This document shows, one piece after another, positions 35,382 through 44,847 of a stretch of 64,000 bases of DNA (positions within the stretch are counted from its first letter, which is position 1; every line of letters begins with the position of its first letter). The stretch comes from Anaerolineae bacterium (GTDB taxonomy: Bacteria > Chloroflexota > Anaerolineae > CG2-30-64-16): positions 10,713-74,712 of the forward strand of contig DAOTZV010000182.1 of assembly GCA_034434235.1 (NCBI GenBank), written 5' to 3'. A program made the translations under genes and the position numbers. Below the pieces are notes generated by a model. It did no database searches, was not told where the DNA came from, and saw only the letters and a program-made list of their open reading frames with translations.

Positions 35382-35765
35382 CTACCGATCGGCCGCGACG
35401 CGCGTCAGGCGCACCGGATCGCCATCGCGCACGGCCCGGAACGCGGTCGCGTCGTCGAGCACCCGGCCCAGGATGTTGACCGGGCTGTAGGCGCGCGGCG
35501 CGGGGCCGCTGCTGGCGGGGGTCGGGCCGAAGAAGATGCAGAAGGCATGGCCCGGCGGCCAGTAGCCCAGCTCGCCCACGGCCACGTCGTCGCGCGCGTC
35601 GGCGGCCTGGCGCGCGACGACGGGGATCTCGAAGTAGATCTCGTCGCCCCAGGTATTGGCGCGGCCCTCGATGGGCAACGCATCCCACACCTGCTGCGCG
35701 GTCGGGCTGTCGTTCAGTTCGGCCGGCAATGAGACCGGGCCGGCCGTGATCAGGATGCGCTGCAT
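35382..35765 (-). CDS. Cyclophilin-like-fold protein (DUF3830 / Cyclophil_like family)
   Basis: 127 aa, motif ELGYWPPGHAFCIFFGPTP. Recognised from memory of the family only. Confidence 0.5.
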   Translation of the reverse strand: MQRILITAGPVSLPAELNDSPTAQQVWDALPIEGRANTWGDEIYFEIPVVARQAADARDDVAVGELGYWPPGHAFCIFFGPTPASSGPAPRAYSPVNILGRVLDDATAFRAVRDGDPVRLTRVAADR

Positions 35766-35776
35766 CGGTCCCTCCT

Positions 35777-36781
35777 TCAGCGGATGCGGCTATCCGCGCC
35801 CGATTGCCACAGATCGGCGTTGGCTCCCAGCTTTGCCTTGACGGGCTGCGTCAAGCGGTCCAGCTCGGCCAACACGTCGGCCGAGAGCTGGCGGCCGATT
35901 CCGCGCAGCGAGTCCTCGAGCTGCGCGACCGTGCGCGTGCCCGCGATCACCGTGGCGACCCCCTCTTGCGCCGCCACCCAGGCCAGCGCCAGATCGGCCA
36001 TCGGCATGCCGAGCTCGTCGGCAAGGCGGGCAATGCCGTTGATGGCGGCGAACACCTCCTCTTCGGCGCCGGGCTCGCCGTGACGGGTGCCGGGCCGCGC
36101 GCTGCTGAAGTGCCGGGTGCGTCGGCGGATGGGCGGGATCTCGTCGGCGCTGCGCCAACGGCCGGTGAGCAGCCCCTGCATCAGCGGCATGTACGCGGTC
36201 ACCGCCACACCTCGTTGCCGACACAGGGGCAAGATCTCGAACTCGATGGCCCGATGCAACAGGCTATAGCCGAGCTGATTTACCTCGATGGCCGCGCCGG
36301 TGGCCAGCGCTTCTTGCAGTTGTTGCACGCCGAAGTTGCTCACGCCGATGGCGCGGATTTTGCCTTCGGCGCGCAGATCGGCCAGCGCGCCGAAGGCGTC
36401 GGCCACCGGATAGTCGGTGATGGGCCAGTGCACCATGTAGATGTCTATCACATCGGTGCCCAGCCGGCGCAGGCTCGCCTCGCAGTGGCGGCGCAGGGTC
36501 TTCGGCTCGGTGTTTTGCGGGCTGATCTTCGTGCCGATGATGGCCTCTCCGCGTCGGCCCTTCAGCGCCCGGCCCAACGCCTCCTCGCTGCGGCCGTCGT
36601 TGTAACCCTCGGCCGTGTCGAAGTAGTTGGCCCCGTGGGCCAGCGCCCGCGCGATGATCTCGGCGGCCTCGCGATCGTCGTGGGGACCCCAATAATCCCC
36701 CTCCTGGCCGCCGAAGGACCAGCAGCCCAGCCCCAAGAGGGGAAGCCGGATGCCCGATGGAACAAGAACGGTTGTCCTCAT
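35777..36781 (-). CDS. Aldo/keto reductase
   Basis: GLGCWSFGG, YFDTAEGY, GTKISP, IGVSNF. The start overlaps the stop of the upstream dipeptidase (ATGA). The longer ORF 35777..37945 is an in-frame artefact. Confidence 0.85.
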   Translation of the reverse strand: MRTTVLVPSGIRLPLLGLGCWSFGGQEGDYWGPHDDREAAEIIARALAHGANYFDTAEGYNDGRSEEALGRALKGRRGEAIIGTKISPQNTEPKTLRRHCEASLRRLGTDVIDIYMVHWPITDYPVADAFGALADLRAEGKIRAIGVSNFGVQQLQEALATGAAIEVNQLGYSLLHRAIEFEILPLCRQRGVAVTAYMPLMQGLLTGRWRSADEIPPIRRRTRHFSSARPGTRHGEPGAEEEVFAAINGIARLADELGMPMADLALAWVAAQEGVATVIAGTRTVAQLEDSLRGIGRQLSADVLAELDRLTQPVKAKLGANADLWQSGADSRIR

Positions 36782-38160
36782 TGTCTTCTCCCTTCGCCAA
36801 GGAGTTCCCAGTAGCGTGCCCAGCCCTCCAGGCCCTGGTATAGCCGGGAGATGCGGAAGAATTCGTTCGGCGCGTGGAAGTCTTCGTCGGCGGTCGAGAA
36901 CGAGAAAAAGACCGTCTCCAGGCCCATCACCCGCTTGAACACCTCGCACACCGGCACGGTGCCGCCCATGCGCACCACGACCGGCCGGACGCCGAAGGTT
37001 TGCTCCAGCGCCTTGCCGGCCACGACCAGGCCGAAGTGATCGGCCGGGATGGCGTAGGGAAGCGCGGCATGGGTTTCGGGGTTGATGGTCAGGCGAACGC
37101 CGGCCGGCACATGCGCTTCCAGATGGCGCACGATCTTCGCGATGATGTCGGCCGGGTCCTGGTTGGGCACCAGGCGGCAGGTGATCTTGGCGTGCGCTTC
37201 GGAGGGCGTGACGGTCTTGACGCCCGGCCCCTGGTAGCCGCCCCACAGGCCGTTCACCTCCAGCGTGGGCCGGATCCACTGGCGTTCGAGCGTGCTGTAG
37301 CCCGGCTCGCCGAAGAGGGCCGGCGCGCCCACCTCGGCCAGATACGCGGCTTCGTCGAACGGCAGCGCGGCGATGGCGGCCCGTTCCTCGGCCGAGAGCT
37401 CGACCACATCGTCGTAAAAGCCGGCCACGGCCACGCGGCCATCCGGGGTGTGCAGGCCGGCGATCAGCTCGGCCAGCGCGTGCAGGGGATTGGCCACCGC
37501 GCCGCCGTGCCGGCCCGAGTGCAGGTCCTTGGCCGCGCCGGTCAGCGTGAACTCCAGCCCGGCAAGCCCGCGGCTGGACACCGTCAGCGACGGCTCCTCG
37601 ACGCGCCACATGCCGCCGTCGGCCGAGATCACGAAGTCGGCCGCCAGCAGATCGGTGTGCGCCCGGATGAACGGCTCCAGGCTGGGGCTGCCGATCTCTT
37701 CCTCCCCCTCGAACATGAACTTGACGTTGATGGGCAACGCGCCCCGCGTGGCGAAGAACGCCTGCGCGGCCTTGATGGCCTGAAAGATCGGCGCCTTGTC
37801 GTCGGATATGCCGCGCGCGTAGAGCCGATCCTGGCGGATGGTCGGCGTGAAGGGCGGGCTGATCCATTTGTCCAGCGGGTCGGGCGGCTGAACGTCGTAG
37901 TGGCCGTAGATCAGCACGGTGGGCTTGCCCACCGCGCCGAGCCACTGGCCGAAGACGACCGGATGCCGGCCGGTCGGCATGATCTGCACGTCGAACGGCC
38001 CGGCGGCCGCGATCTGATCGGCGACCCAGGCCGCAGCCCGCTCGATGTCGGCCCGATGGGCCGGGTCGGTGCTGATGCTGGGAATGGCCGCGAACTCGAT
38101 CAGCTCGGCCAGGATGCGCTCGCGATGAGCGGCAAAGTAAGCGAAAGGTGTCTGTGTCAT
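36778..38160 (-). CDS. M20-family dipeptidase / metallopeptidase
   Basis: GHYDVQPP, ARGISDDK, dimerisation-domain pattern. GGGAG RBS before MTQTPF. Confidence 0.8.
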   Translation of the reverse strand: MTQTPFAYFAAHRERILAELIEFAAIPSISTDPAHRADIERAAAWVADQIAAAGPFDVQIMPTGRHPVVFGQWLGAVGKPTVLIYGHYDVQPPDPLDKWISPPFTPTIRQDRLYARGISDDKAPIFQAIKAAQAFFATRGALPINVKFMFEGEEEIGSPSLEPFIRAHTDLLAADFVISADGGMWRVEEPSLTVSSRGLAGLEFTLTGAAKDLHSGRHGGAVANPLHALAELIAGLHTPDGRVAVAGFYDDVVELSAEERAAIAALPFDEAAYLAEVGAPALFGEPGYSTLERQWIRPTLEVNGLWGGYQGPGVKTVTPSEAHAKITCRLVPNQDPADIIAKIVRHLEAHVPAGVRLTINPETHAALPYAIPADHFGLVVAGKALEQTFGVRPVVVRMGGTVPVCEVFKRVMGLETVFFSFSTADEDFHAPNEFFRISRLYQGLEGWARYWELLGEGRRQ

Positions 38161-38331
38161 GATGTAAGCTCCCGGTAAAGACTTGAGTTTTATTATACTC
38201 CAGGCCATCGGCGGGGAAAAAGAAGCCGACTCGATTTTAGATTGTGGTGGCCAGATGGGGCCGCGGCAATTTCAAATGGCGCAGATCAGCCCCGTTCACG
38301 GGACGTTGCTCCCGTAGCCCGGCGATTGATC

Positions 38332-38420
38332 GCCGGGCGGCCCCGATTGACGCACAGACGGCCGCACGACCATGAATGGATCGTGCTTTACTGAGCCGGG
38401 CGGCCCCGATTGACGCACAG
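38332..38420. repeat. Two perfect 26-bp direct repeats flanking a hairpin, upstream of rmlA
   Basis: GCCGGGCGGCCCCGATTGACGCACAG at 38332-38357 and again at 38395-38420. Hairpin GCACGACCATGAATGGATCGTGC at 38365-38387. Confidence 0.8.
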
Positions 38421-38474
38421 CGCGCCGGCAAACGCGCGCGGCACATTTGGAATTGCTGGCTTGTCATCGAACAG

Positions 38475-38504
38475 TTGGCGCGGTCGCGCAGATTGTGCTA
38501 CAAT
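38475..38504 (+). promoter_or_regulatory. Candidate promoter with an extended -10 for rmlA
   Basis: TTGGCG-N18-(TGC)TACAAT, ~45 nt before ATG 38548. Confidence 0.4.
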
Positions 38505-38547
38505 CGGTCCGGGTTTGCCGAGAGTCATACCTCCACCAGGAGCGCAC

Positions 38548-39438
38548 ATGAAAGGGATCATCCTCGCGGGCGGAGCGGGCACGCGCCTCTATCCGCTCAC
38601 CATCAGCATCAGCAAGCAGTTGCTGCCGGTCTACGATAAGCCGATGATCTATTACCCGCTCTCCATGCTCATGCTGGCGGGCATCACCGAGATCCTGATC
38701 ATCAGCACGCCCGAAGCGCTGCCGCAGTTTCGCACGTTGCTGCGCGATGGCCGGCAATGGGGGCTGAAGTTCTCGTATGCCGAGCAGCCGACCCCGCGCG
38801 GCCTGGCCGACGCGTTCATCGTGGGCCGCGAGTTCGTCGGCGATCAACCGTCGTGCCTGATCCTGGGCGACAACATCTTCTACGGCCACGGCCTGCCCGG
38901 CCGGCTGCGCGCCGCCGCGCGCCTCACCGAGGGCGCGCTCGTGTTCGCGTATCCGGTCAAAGACCCGGAGCGCTACGGCGTGATCGAGTTCGACGCCTCG
39001 GGCCGCGCGATCAGCATCGAGGAGAAGCCGCAGAAGCCCCGCTCTCACTATGCCGTCCCCGGCCTCTACTTCTACGACGCGCAGGTCGTCGAGATCGCGG
39101 CCAACCTGAAGCCCTCGGCGCGGGGAGAGCTGGAGATCACCGATGTCAATCGCGTGTACCTGGAGCGGGGCCAGTTGCGCGTCGAGCCGCTGGGCCGGGG
39201 CTTCGCCTGGCTCGACGCCGGCACGCACGAGTCGTTGTTGCAGGCGGCCAACTTCGTGCAGGCGATGGAGGAGCGCCAGGGGATGATGATCTCGTGCCCC
39301 GAGGAGATCGCGTATCGGATGGGCTATATCGGCCGGGACGAGCTGCGCCGGCTCGGCGAGGCGATGCGCAGCAACGGCTACGGCCAGTATCTGCTGCGGC
39401 TGGCGGAAGAGGAACTGCCGCCGCCCGACAACGGATAA
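38548..39438 (+). CDS. rfbA: Glucose-1-phosphate thymidylyltransferase
   Basis: [18 protein letters not shown]..., [19 protein letters not shown]. The whole length matches RmlA. AGGAG RBS. Confidence 0.9.
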   Translation: MKGIILAGGAGTRLYPLTISISKQLLPVYDKPMIYYPLSMLMLAGITEILIISTPEALPQFRTLLRDGRQWGLKFSYAEQPTPRGLADAFIVGREFVGDQPSCLILGDNIFYGHGLPGRLRAAARLTEGALVFAYPVKDPERYGVIEFDASGRAISIEEKPQKPRSHYAVPGLYFYDAQVVEIAANLKPSARGELEITDVNRVYLERGQLRVEPLGRGFAWLDAGTHESLLQAANFVQAMEERQGMMISCPEEIAYRMGYIGRDELRRLGEAMRSNGYGQYLLRLAEEELPPPDNG

Positions 39439-39480
39439 GGGTTGGCGATCCGTCCCGCGGATCGCCAACCCCCGCCTCGG

Positions 39481-40449
39481 CTACGGCACCAGCACGATCT
39501 TGCCGGTCGTCTGGCGGCCGGCCAGCGCATGATGTGCGGCCGCGGCTTCGGCCAGCGGATAGGTCGCGCCGATGCGCACCCGCAGCTCGCCGTCGCGGAT
39601 CATCGCGAGCACCGCGTTGGCGTGGGCCAGATAGGCGTCGCGGGTGCGGGTGTAGGCAAACAGCGACGGCCGGGTGACGAAGAGCGAGCGCATTCCGCCC
39701 AGGCGTTGGATATCGAGCGGCGGCGGGAACCCGCTCGACTGGCCGAACGAGACCAGATAGCCCAGGGGCGCCAGGCACTCCAGGCTCCTGTCAAACGTGT
39801 CCTTGCCCACCGAGTCGTACACCACCTGCACGCCCTGGCCGTCGGTGATCCGTTGCACCTCGGCCAGGAAATCCTGCTGCGTATAGAGGATCACCTCTTC
39901 GGCGCCGGCCTCGCGCGCCAGCTTCGCCTTCTCCTCCGTAGAGACCGTGCCGATCACCCGACCGCCCTGCCGACGGGCGATCTGCGTCAACAACAGGCCC
40001 ACCCCGCCGGCCGCCGCGTGGATCAGGCACCAGTCCCCCGGCTTGACCGGATACGTGCGCGTGGCCAACACGTGCGCGGTCATGCCCTGGATCATGGCCG
40101 CCACCCCCTGCTCGAAGCTCACCTCGTCGGGCAAGGCCACCAGCCGATCGGCCGGCACCAGGCAATGCGTGGCGTAGGTGCCCAGCCCGCCGATGAACGC
40201 CACGCGATCGCCCGGCCGCGCGGCGGTCACCCCCGGGCCGACCGCCTCCACGATCCCCGCGGCCTCGCTGCCCGGCACCGAGGGCAACGGAACCTTGTAC
40301 CATCCCAGCCGCTGATAGATCTCGATGAAATTGACGCCCGTCGCCATGATCTTGACCAGCGCCTGGTCCGCGCCGGGCGTCGGGGTCGGCCGTTCTTCCA
40401 GCTTCATGACCTCTGGACCGCCGAATTCGGATACAACGATCGCTTTCAT
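39481..40449 (-). CDS. NADPH:quinone oxidoreductase (zinc-ADH superfamily, Qor-like)
   Basis: MKAIVV...GPEV..., VNFIE, AAGGVG Rossmann motif. Confidence 0.85.
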   Translation of the reverse strand: MKAIVVSEFGGPEVMKLEERPTPTPGADQALVKIMATGVNFIEIYQRLGWYKVPLPSVPGSEAAGIVEAVGPGVTAARPGDRVAFIGGLGTYATHCLVPADRLVALPDEVSFEQGVAAMIQGMTAHVLATRTYPVKPGDWCLIHAAAGGVGLLLTQIARRQGGRVIGTVSTEEKAKLAREAGAEEVILYTQQDFLAEVQRITDGQGVQVVYDSVGKDTFDRSLECLAPLGYLVSFGQSSGFPPPLDIQRLGGMRSLFVTRPSLFAYTRTRDAYLAHANAVLAMIRDGELRVRIGATYPLAEAAAAHHALAGRQTTGKIVLVP

Positions 40450-40452
40450 CGC

Positions 40453-41142
40453 TTACCCCTCCGTATTTTTGTCGAAGACATCCGCCATTGTTGCATCTGG
40501 CATGTGCACGGTCTGTAACAGAGCCACCAACTCGCTCAGCACCATCGCGGTCGCGCCCCACACCTTATGCTCGCCCACCGCGTAGAAGGGCACCTGCACG
40601 GCCGCGCCGCGGATCTCCCAGGTCTCCTCGCGGCGGGTCTCTTCCTCCAGGAAGAGCGCCAGGGGCGCCTCGATCACCTCCGCGACCTCGTGTGGATTGG
40701 GGATGAAATCGGGCCGCGCGGCCGCGTAGGCCACCGTCGGATAGATGCAGAAGCGGCTGTTCGGGATGTACAGCGGCGACAGCGTGCCGAGCACTTCTAC
40801 CGCGTCCGGTGCAATGCCCAGCTCCTCCTGCGCTTCCCGCAGCGCGGCGGCCTCGGCGTCCTCGGCCGGCTCCAGGCTTCCGCCCGGAAACGAGATCTGC
40901 CCGCGGTGATTGTCCACCGACTCGGTGCGCCGGGTGAGCACCAGGCACAGCTCGCCGGCGCGCGGGTAGATCAGCACCAACACGCCCGCCCGGCGGCAAT
41001 CGAGCTGCGGGTCGAGGATCCGTTCGGTGCCGGGCCGCGGCCGCGGAGACATGCGGAGCTGCGCCGCCAGGCCGGGCAAGGGTTGCGCCAGGGCGGCCCG
41101 CACCTGGGACAAAGTGATACGATAACAGGACGAAGTTCTCAT
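40453..41142 (-). CDS. NUDIX hydrolase, CoA-pyrophosphatase-like
   Basis: NUDIX box GGSLEPAEDAEAAALREAQEELGI, and the upstream LTRR...ISFPGG pattern typical of NudL. Confidence 0.75.
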   Translation of the reverse strand: MRTSSCYRITLSQVRAALAQPLPGLAAQLRMSPRPRPGTERILDPQLDCRRAGVLVLIYPRAGELCLVLTRRTESVDNHRGQISFPGGSLEPAEDAEAAALREAQEELGIAPDAVEVLGTLSPLYIPNSRFCIYPTVAYAAARPDFIPNPHEVAEVIEAPLALFLEEETRREETWEIRGAAVQVPFYAVGEHKVWGATAMVLSELVALLQTVHMPDATMADVFDKNTEG

Positions 41143-41190
41143 CGAAAATCCAACCGACGTTGATGTGTGCGGCGTTCAAACGGCACGGCG

Positions 41191-41246
41191 CGTCGAACGC
41201 TGAGCGTCGGGCGTCGGGCGTCAAGCGTCAAACGTCAGGCGTCGGG
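41191..41246. repeat. Heptanucleotide CGTCRRR microsatellite (8 units) in the NUDIX 5' region, overlapping the DUF4129 gene's 3' end
   Basis: cgtcgaa cgctgag cgtcggg cgtcggg cgtcaag cgtcaaa cgtcagg cgtcggg. Confidence 0.8.
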
Positions 41247-42932
41247 GCCGGCTGTCCGGCGTCGGAGTTCTTGCATCAGCCGGCGCCAGATCGCCTGGAC
41301 GCCTTGGGCCTCGTCGGCCGAGATGGGCCGGCGATCGTAGCGGGCGGCCAGAAAGGCCGATGTGAGCGCCTCGACCTCGGCCCCGGCTTCGGGCCATGCG
41401 GCCTCGAGCTGCTGCGCGAACTCGGACGGGGTGCGGTGCGCCGGCCGGGCCACGCCCCGTTCGGCCGCGTGGCCGACCATCCGCAGGTAAAAGTAGCGCA
41501 CGCGCTCGCGCGGGGCCAGTGCACCCACGCGCACGCCGGCCGGGCGGAGCGAGGCGGCCGCGCGGCCGCGCGCTGCGGCCATCCGCCGGCGCACCGCGCC
41601 GGCCGCGGCCTGGAGCGCCGCGCCGGCCCGCGCCCAGCGCGCCCGCCACCAGTAGCGCAGCCGCATCAGCCAATCGCCGAGGCGCCCCCGCAACATGCCG
41701 TGCGCGCCGAGATAGGATAGCCCGAAATAAACGGCCACCAGCGCGATGATGCTCCACAGCACCGCGCCGCCCAGCCAATCGGGAAGCCAGCTCAGCGCTT
41801 CGGCCTGCGACGGCACCTGGGGCATCGCCGACAGGTCGGGCCGCGACCCCGCATCGATCTGCGTCAGGAAGCGCAGGGGCCACAGGAGCAGCGCCAGGAA
41901 CACCGCCAGCAGAAACATCAGCAGATAGCCCAGGCGCATGACCAGGGCCAACAGCGCCTCCACCGCGGCCGAGAGCCAGCTCGTCGTGCCCATGGGCAGA
42001 AACGCCGCGACCAGGCCGATCAACAGTACGGCGAGCAGGCTGTTCACGTGCCAGCGGCGGAGCACGACCGGCTGCACTTCCACATCCTGATTGTACCAGC
42101 GGCCGCGCAAGACCGCCAGCCGCGCCTGACTGATCAGCAGGAGGCCGGCCAGGAAATAGGCCAGCAACGCGGCGAGCAGTCCGGCCGGCAAGCCGAGGCC
42201 GCGCACGCCCAGCCGCAGGGCGCTGGCGGCGAAGTCCACGCGCGCCAGCGCCGCGAAGAGGACCAGGATCGCGCCGCCGGCCGTCCAATGCGCAACGAAG
42301 CGCGCCAGGATCTCGCTGCGCGGCATGGCCCGGCCGGCGCGCAACTGGCTGCGGCTTTCCCCCCACAGCACGCTCTCGTGCGCGGCGATCTCGTCCGGCT
42401 GCAACGCCAGGTCCAGGAAATCGCCGGCCATGCCCACCGCCAGCCCCCAGGCGATGAGGATCCAGACGCCGAAGATGGCGAACGGCGCGTCCAGGAACGC
42501 GAACGGCTCGCGCAACCAGAGCTGTACCTCGGCCATGCCGGGCCAACCGCTCCCGAAGGTCCACACGGCCAACCGGAACAGGATCAGCAGCACGGCGACC
42601 TCGCCCAGGCGATACGCCAGGCCGCGGCGATCGCGCCAGCTCGGCCGGCCGAGCTGCAACGTGCTGTAGACCCCCTCGAGCGCGGCCGCGAACGCGCCCG
42701 GCAACACATATCCCATGCGCCACGGCGCACCGATCAGATGCAACAGCGCCAGAGGACCGGCCACGACGCTTGCCGCCACCAGGGCGATCAACAGCGGCCG
42801 GAAGGCGCTGCTCACCCAGGCCGCGTCGAAGAAGTCCTGGTACGCGGGCCGCCGGCCGGGGAGAGGCCCCGTGACCCGACCGCCGTCGCGAGCTTCGGTC
42901 GCCGGGCTCGAAGCATCAGGCGTATGCGCCAC
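41235..42932 (-). CDS. DUF4129-domain polytopic membrane protein (partner of MoxR/DUF58)
   Basis: GAGGAGG RBS, then GTG at 42932. Multiple TM helices. C-terminal RYFYLRMVGHAAERG...RTPSEFAQQL...FLAARYDRRP matches the DUF4129 pattern. The in-frame upstream 180 codons of the ORF-track entry overlap DUF58 and look non-coding. Confidence 0.7.
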   Translation of the reverse strand: MAHTPDASSPATEARDGGRVTGPLPGRRPAYQDFFDAAWVSSAFRPLLIALVAASVVAGPLALLHLIGAPWRMGYVLPGAFAAALEGVYSTLQLGRPSWRDRRGLAYRLGEVAVLLILFRLAVWTFGSGWPGMAEVQLWLREPFAFLDAPFAIFGVWILIAWGLAVGMAGDFLDLALQPDEIAAHESVLWGESRSQLRAGRAMPRSEILARFVAHWTAGGAILVLFAALARVDFAASALRLGVRGLGLPAGLLAALLAYFLAGLLLISQARLAVLRGRWYNQDVEVQPVVLRRWHVNSLLAVLLIGLVAAFLPMGTTSWLSAAVEALLALVMRLGYLLMFLLAVFLALLLWPLRFLTQIDAGSRPDLSAMPQVPSQAEALSWLPDWLGGAVLWSIIALVAVYFGLSYLGAHGMLRGRLGDWLMRLRYWWRARWARAGAALQAAAGAVRRRMAAARGRAAASLRPAGVRVGALAPRERVRYFYLRMVGHAAERGVARPAHRTPSEFAQQLEAAWPEAGAEVEALTSAFLAARYDRRPISADEAQGVQAIWRRLMQELRRRTAGPDA

Positions 42933-42943
42933 GATCCACCTCC

Positions 42944-44149
42944 TCACGCTGCCAGGGGAAGCGATCGGCCGGCCGCCCAGCGCTTGAGATCGGCCTCGTT
43001 CGCCACCAGATGCGCGGCCACGCCGAGTTGCCGGGCCCGCTCGCGAATGACCCCGAACTGGCCGTGCGGCTCGATCACCACCAGCACGGGGTTGAGGCCG
43101 GCCCGCAGCAGGCGGTGCGCCGCCCGGCAGATGGCCTCGTCGCCGGTCGGGCTGACGATGATCACGGTGGTGCCCCATCCCAGCCCCAGCGCGGCGGTCG
43201 GCAGCCAGTCGGCCAGCGGCGCCAGGTCGGCCGTCTGGACGCGCGCCAGCCATTCCAACAGCTTCATCAGATGGACGCGGCCCGGCCGCGGGGGGATCAG
43301 CCAGCGGCCGGCGCCGGAAAGGGAATCCACGCCGTTGCAGCCCAGGCCCACCGCCTGGCGTTGTTCGGCCAGATAGCCGGCCAGCGACGCCGCCACCACG
43401 ATGCCCCATTCGCTGGCGCCGTAGCGCAACTGGGTCGTATAGGCCCGCGCGCTGAGCTCCAGAAAGATCATGCTGGTCAACGACACGGCCGGCGCGTATT
43501 GCTTCACCTGGAGGGTGTTCGTGTGCGCGCTGCTCTTCCAGTCAATTGTCCGCAGCGGATCGCCGGGCCGATATTCGCGCTTGCCGATCACGCGCGTCGG
43601 GTCGGCGAAGATGCGTTGTTGGCTGGCGATGGACCCGTGCGGCGAGCGCGACGTCAGATCCACGTGCATGAGCGGGATCACGCGCGGATAGACCGTCAGA
43701 TGGTCGAGCGTCTCCACCCGGCCCTGGACCTCGGCGAAGCCGAAGAGGTCGCCGACCGTCATGGCGGCCGGGCCGATCTGATAGTACCCGCGCTGGCGAC
43801 CGATCAGGTCGTAGTGCACCGTCAGGCGTTCCTTGGGCCGCAGCGACACGACCCGACGCACCCCCGCGCCGGCGGCAATCGCCAACGGCGGCGACTCCTC
43901 CAGCCGCAACCAGGGCACCGGCCACCAGCTCGTGTTCTCGATCTCGATCTCGACCCGGCTCGTCTCGCCCGGAAAGATGTGATCGGTGAAGTTGCGGCGC
44001 ACCTGCAGGCGCGGGAGGCTACGGCCGGTCCACCAGCGCGCCAACAGATACGAGCCGGCCAACACATAGACCAGATAGAAGACGAAGTCCACCTGCAAGA
44101 TGACGGCGATCAACAGCAAGAACAACAACAGGAGCAAGATGTCCGACAT
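42944..44149 (-). CDS. DUF58 (vWA-like) protein
   Basis: N-terminal TM hairpin, then REYRPGDPLRTIDWKSSA (the DUF58 hallmark). The ATG lies 4 nt after the rsmI stop. Confidence 0.8.
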   Translation of the reverse strand: MSDILLLLLFLLLIAVILQVDFVFYLVYVLAGSYLLARWWTGRSLPRLQVRRNFTDHIFPGETSRVEIEIENTSWWPVPWLRLEESPPLAIAAGAGVRRVVSLRPKERLTVHYDLIGRQRGYYQIGPAAMTVGDLFGFAEVQGRVETLDHLTVYPRVIPLMHVDLTSRSPHGSIASQQRIFADPTRVIGKREYRPGDPLRTIDWKSSAHTNTLQVKQYAPAVSLTSMIFLELSARAYTTQLRYGASEWGIVVAASLAGYLAEQRQAVGLGCNGVDSLSGAGRWLIPPRPGRVHLMKLLEWLARVQTADLAPLADWLPTAALGLGWGTTVIIVSPTGDEAICRAAHRLLRAGLNPVLVVIEPHGQFGVIRERARQLGVAAHLVANEADLKRWAAGRSLPLAA

Positions 44150-44153
44150 GGCG

Positions 44154-44843
44154 CTATGCTTCGACCTCGGCCGGCGTGCGGCCGGCGCCGGCAATGACGA
44201 GCACGTATTCGCCCCTGGGCGGACTGGCGCGCACCGCGGCCAACAGCTCGGAGAGCCGGCCGCGCAAGACCGACTCGTGGATCTTGGTCAGCTCGTGCGC
44301 CAGGGCCGCCTGGCGGTCGCCGTACACCTCCAGCGCATCGGCCAGCAGCGCCTCGACGCGGTAGGGGCTCTCGTAGAAGACCAGGGTGTGCGGCGAATCG
44401 CGGTCCACCTCCAGGAAGCGCCGCCGCGGGCCGGGCCTGTGCGGCGGAAAGCCGCGATAGGTGAAGCTGTGCACCGGCAGGCCCGAAAGCACCAGGGCCA
44501 TCACCAGCGCGGTCGGGCCGGGGATCATCGTCACCTCGGCTCCCGCGGCGATGGCCCGGCGCACGAGCGAGAAGCCCGGATCGGAGATGCCCGGGGTGCC
44601 GGCCTCGCTCACCACGGCCACCGACTTGCCCTCTGCCAACAGGGCCATGATCCGTTCGCCGGCGCGCTCTTCGTTGTGCTCATGAAACGCGATCTGTGGC
44701 TTCTGGATCCCGAAGTGCTTCAGGAGCAGGCCCGTCTTGCGCGTGTCTTCGCTGGCGATCACATCCACCGCGCGCAGCGTTTCGAGCGCCCGCAACGTGA
44801 TGTCGCCCAGGTTGCCGATGGGAGTGGCGACCAGATACAGCAT
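44154..44843 (-). CDS. rsmI: 16S rRNA (cytidine1402-2'-O)-methyltransferase RsmI
   Basis: [30 protein letters not shown], tetrapyrrole-methylase fold. It lies between moxR and DUF58 with 4-nt gaps. Confidence 0.85.
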   Translation of the reverse strand: MLYLVATPIGNLGDITLRALETLRAVDVIASEDTRKTGLLLKHFGIQKPQIAFHEHNEERAGERIMALLAEGKSVAVVSEAGTPGISDPGFSLVRRAIAAGAEVTMIPGPTALVMALVLSGLPVHSFTYRGFPPHRPGPRRRFLEVDRDSPHTLVFYESPYRVEALLADALEVYGDRQAALAHELTKIHESVLRGRLSELLAAVRASPPRGEYVLVIAGAGRTPAEVEA

Positions 44844-44847
44844 GGCG

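Noticed and set aside
35777-37945. 722-aa ORF suggesting a large fusion protein
   Set aside because: Only the C-terminal 334 aa (aldo/keto reductase) are credible. The N-terminal part is the alternative frame of the M20 dipeptidase gene. The aldo/keto reductase ATG at 36781 overlaps the dipeptidase stop (ATGA).
41235-43409. 724-aa version of the DUF4129 membrane protein
   Set aside because: The first ~160 codons overlap the DUF58 gene and are Gly/Arg/Pro-rich nonsense. A GTG with a GAGGAGG RBS at 42932 gives a sensible 565-aa membrane protein.
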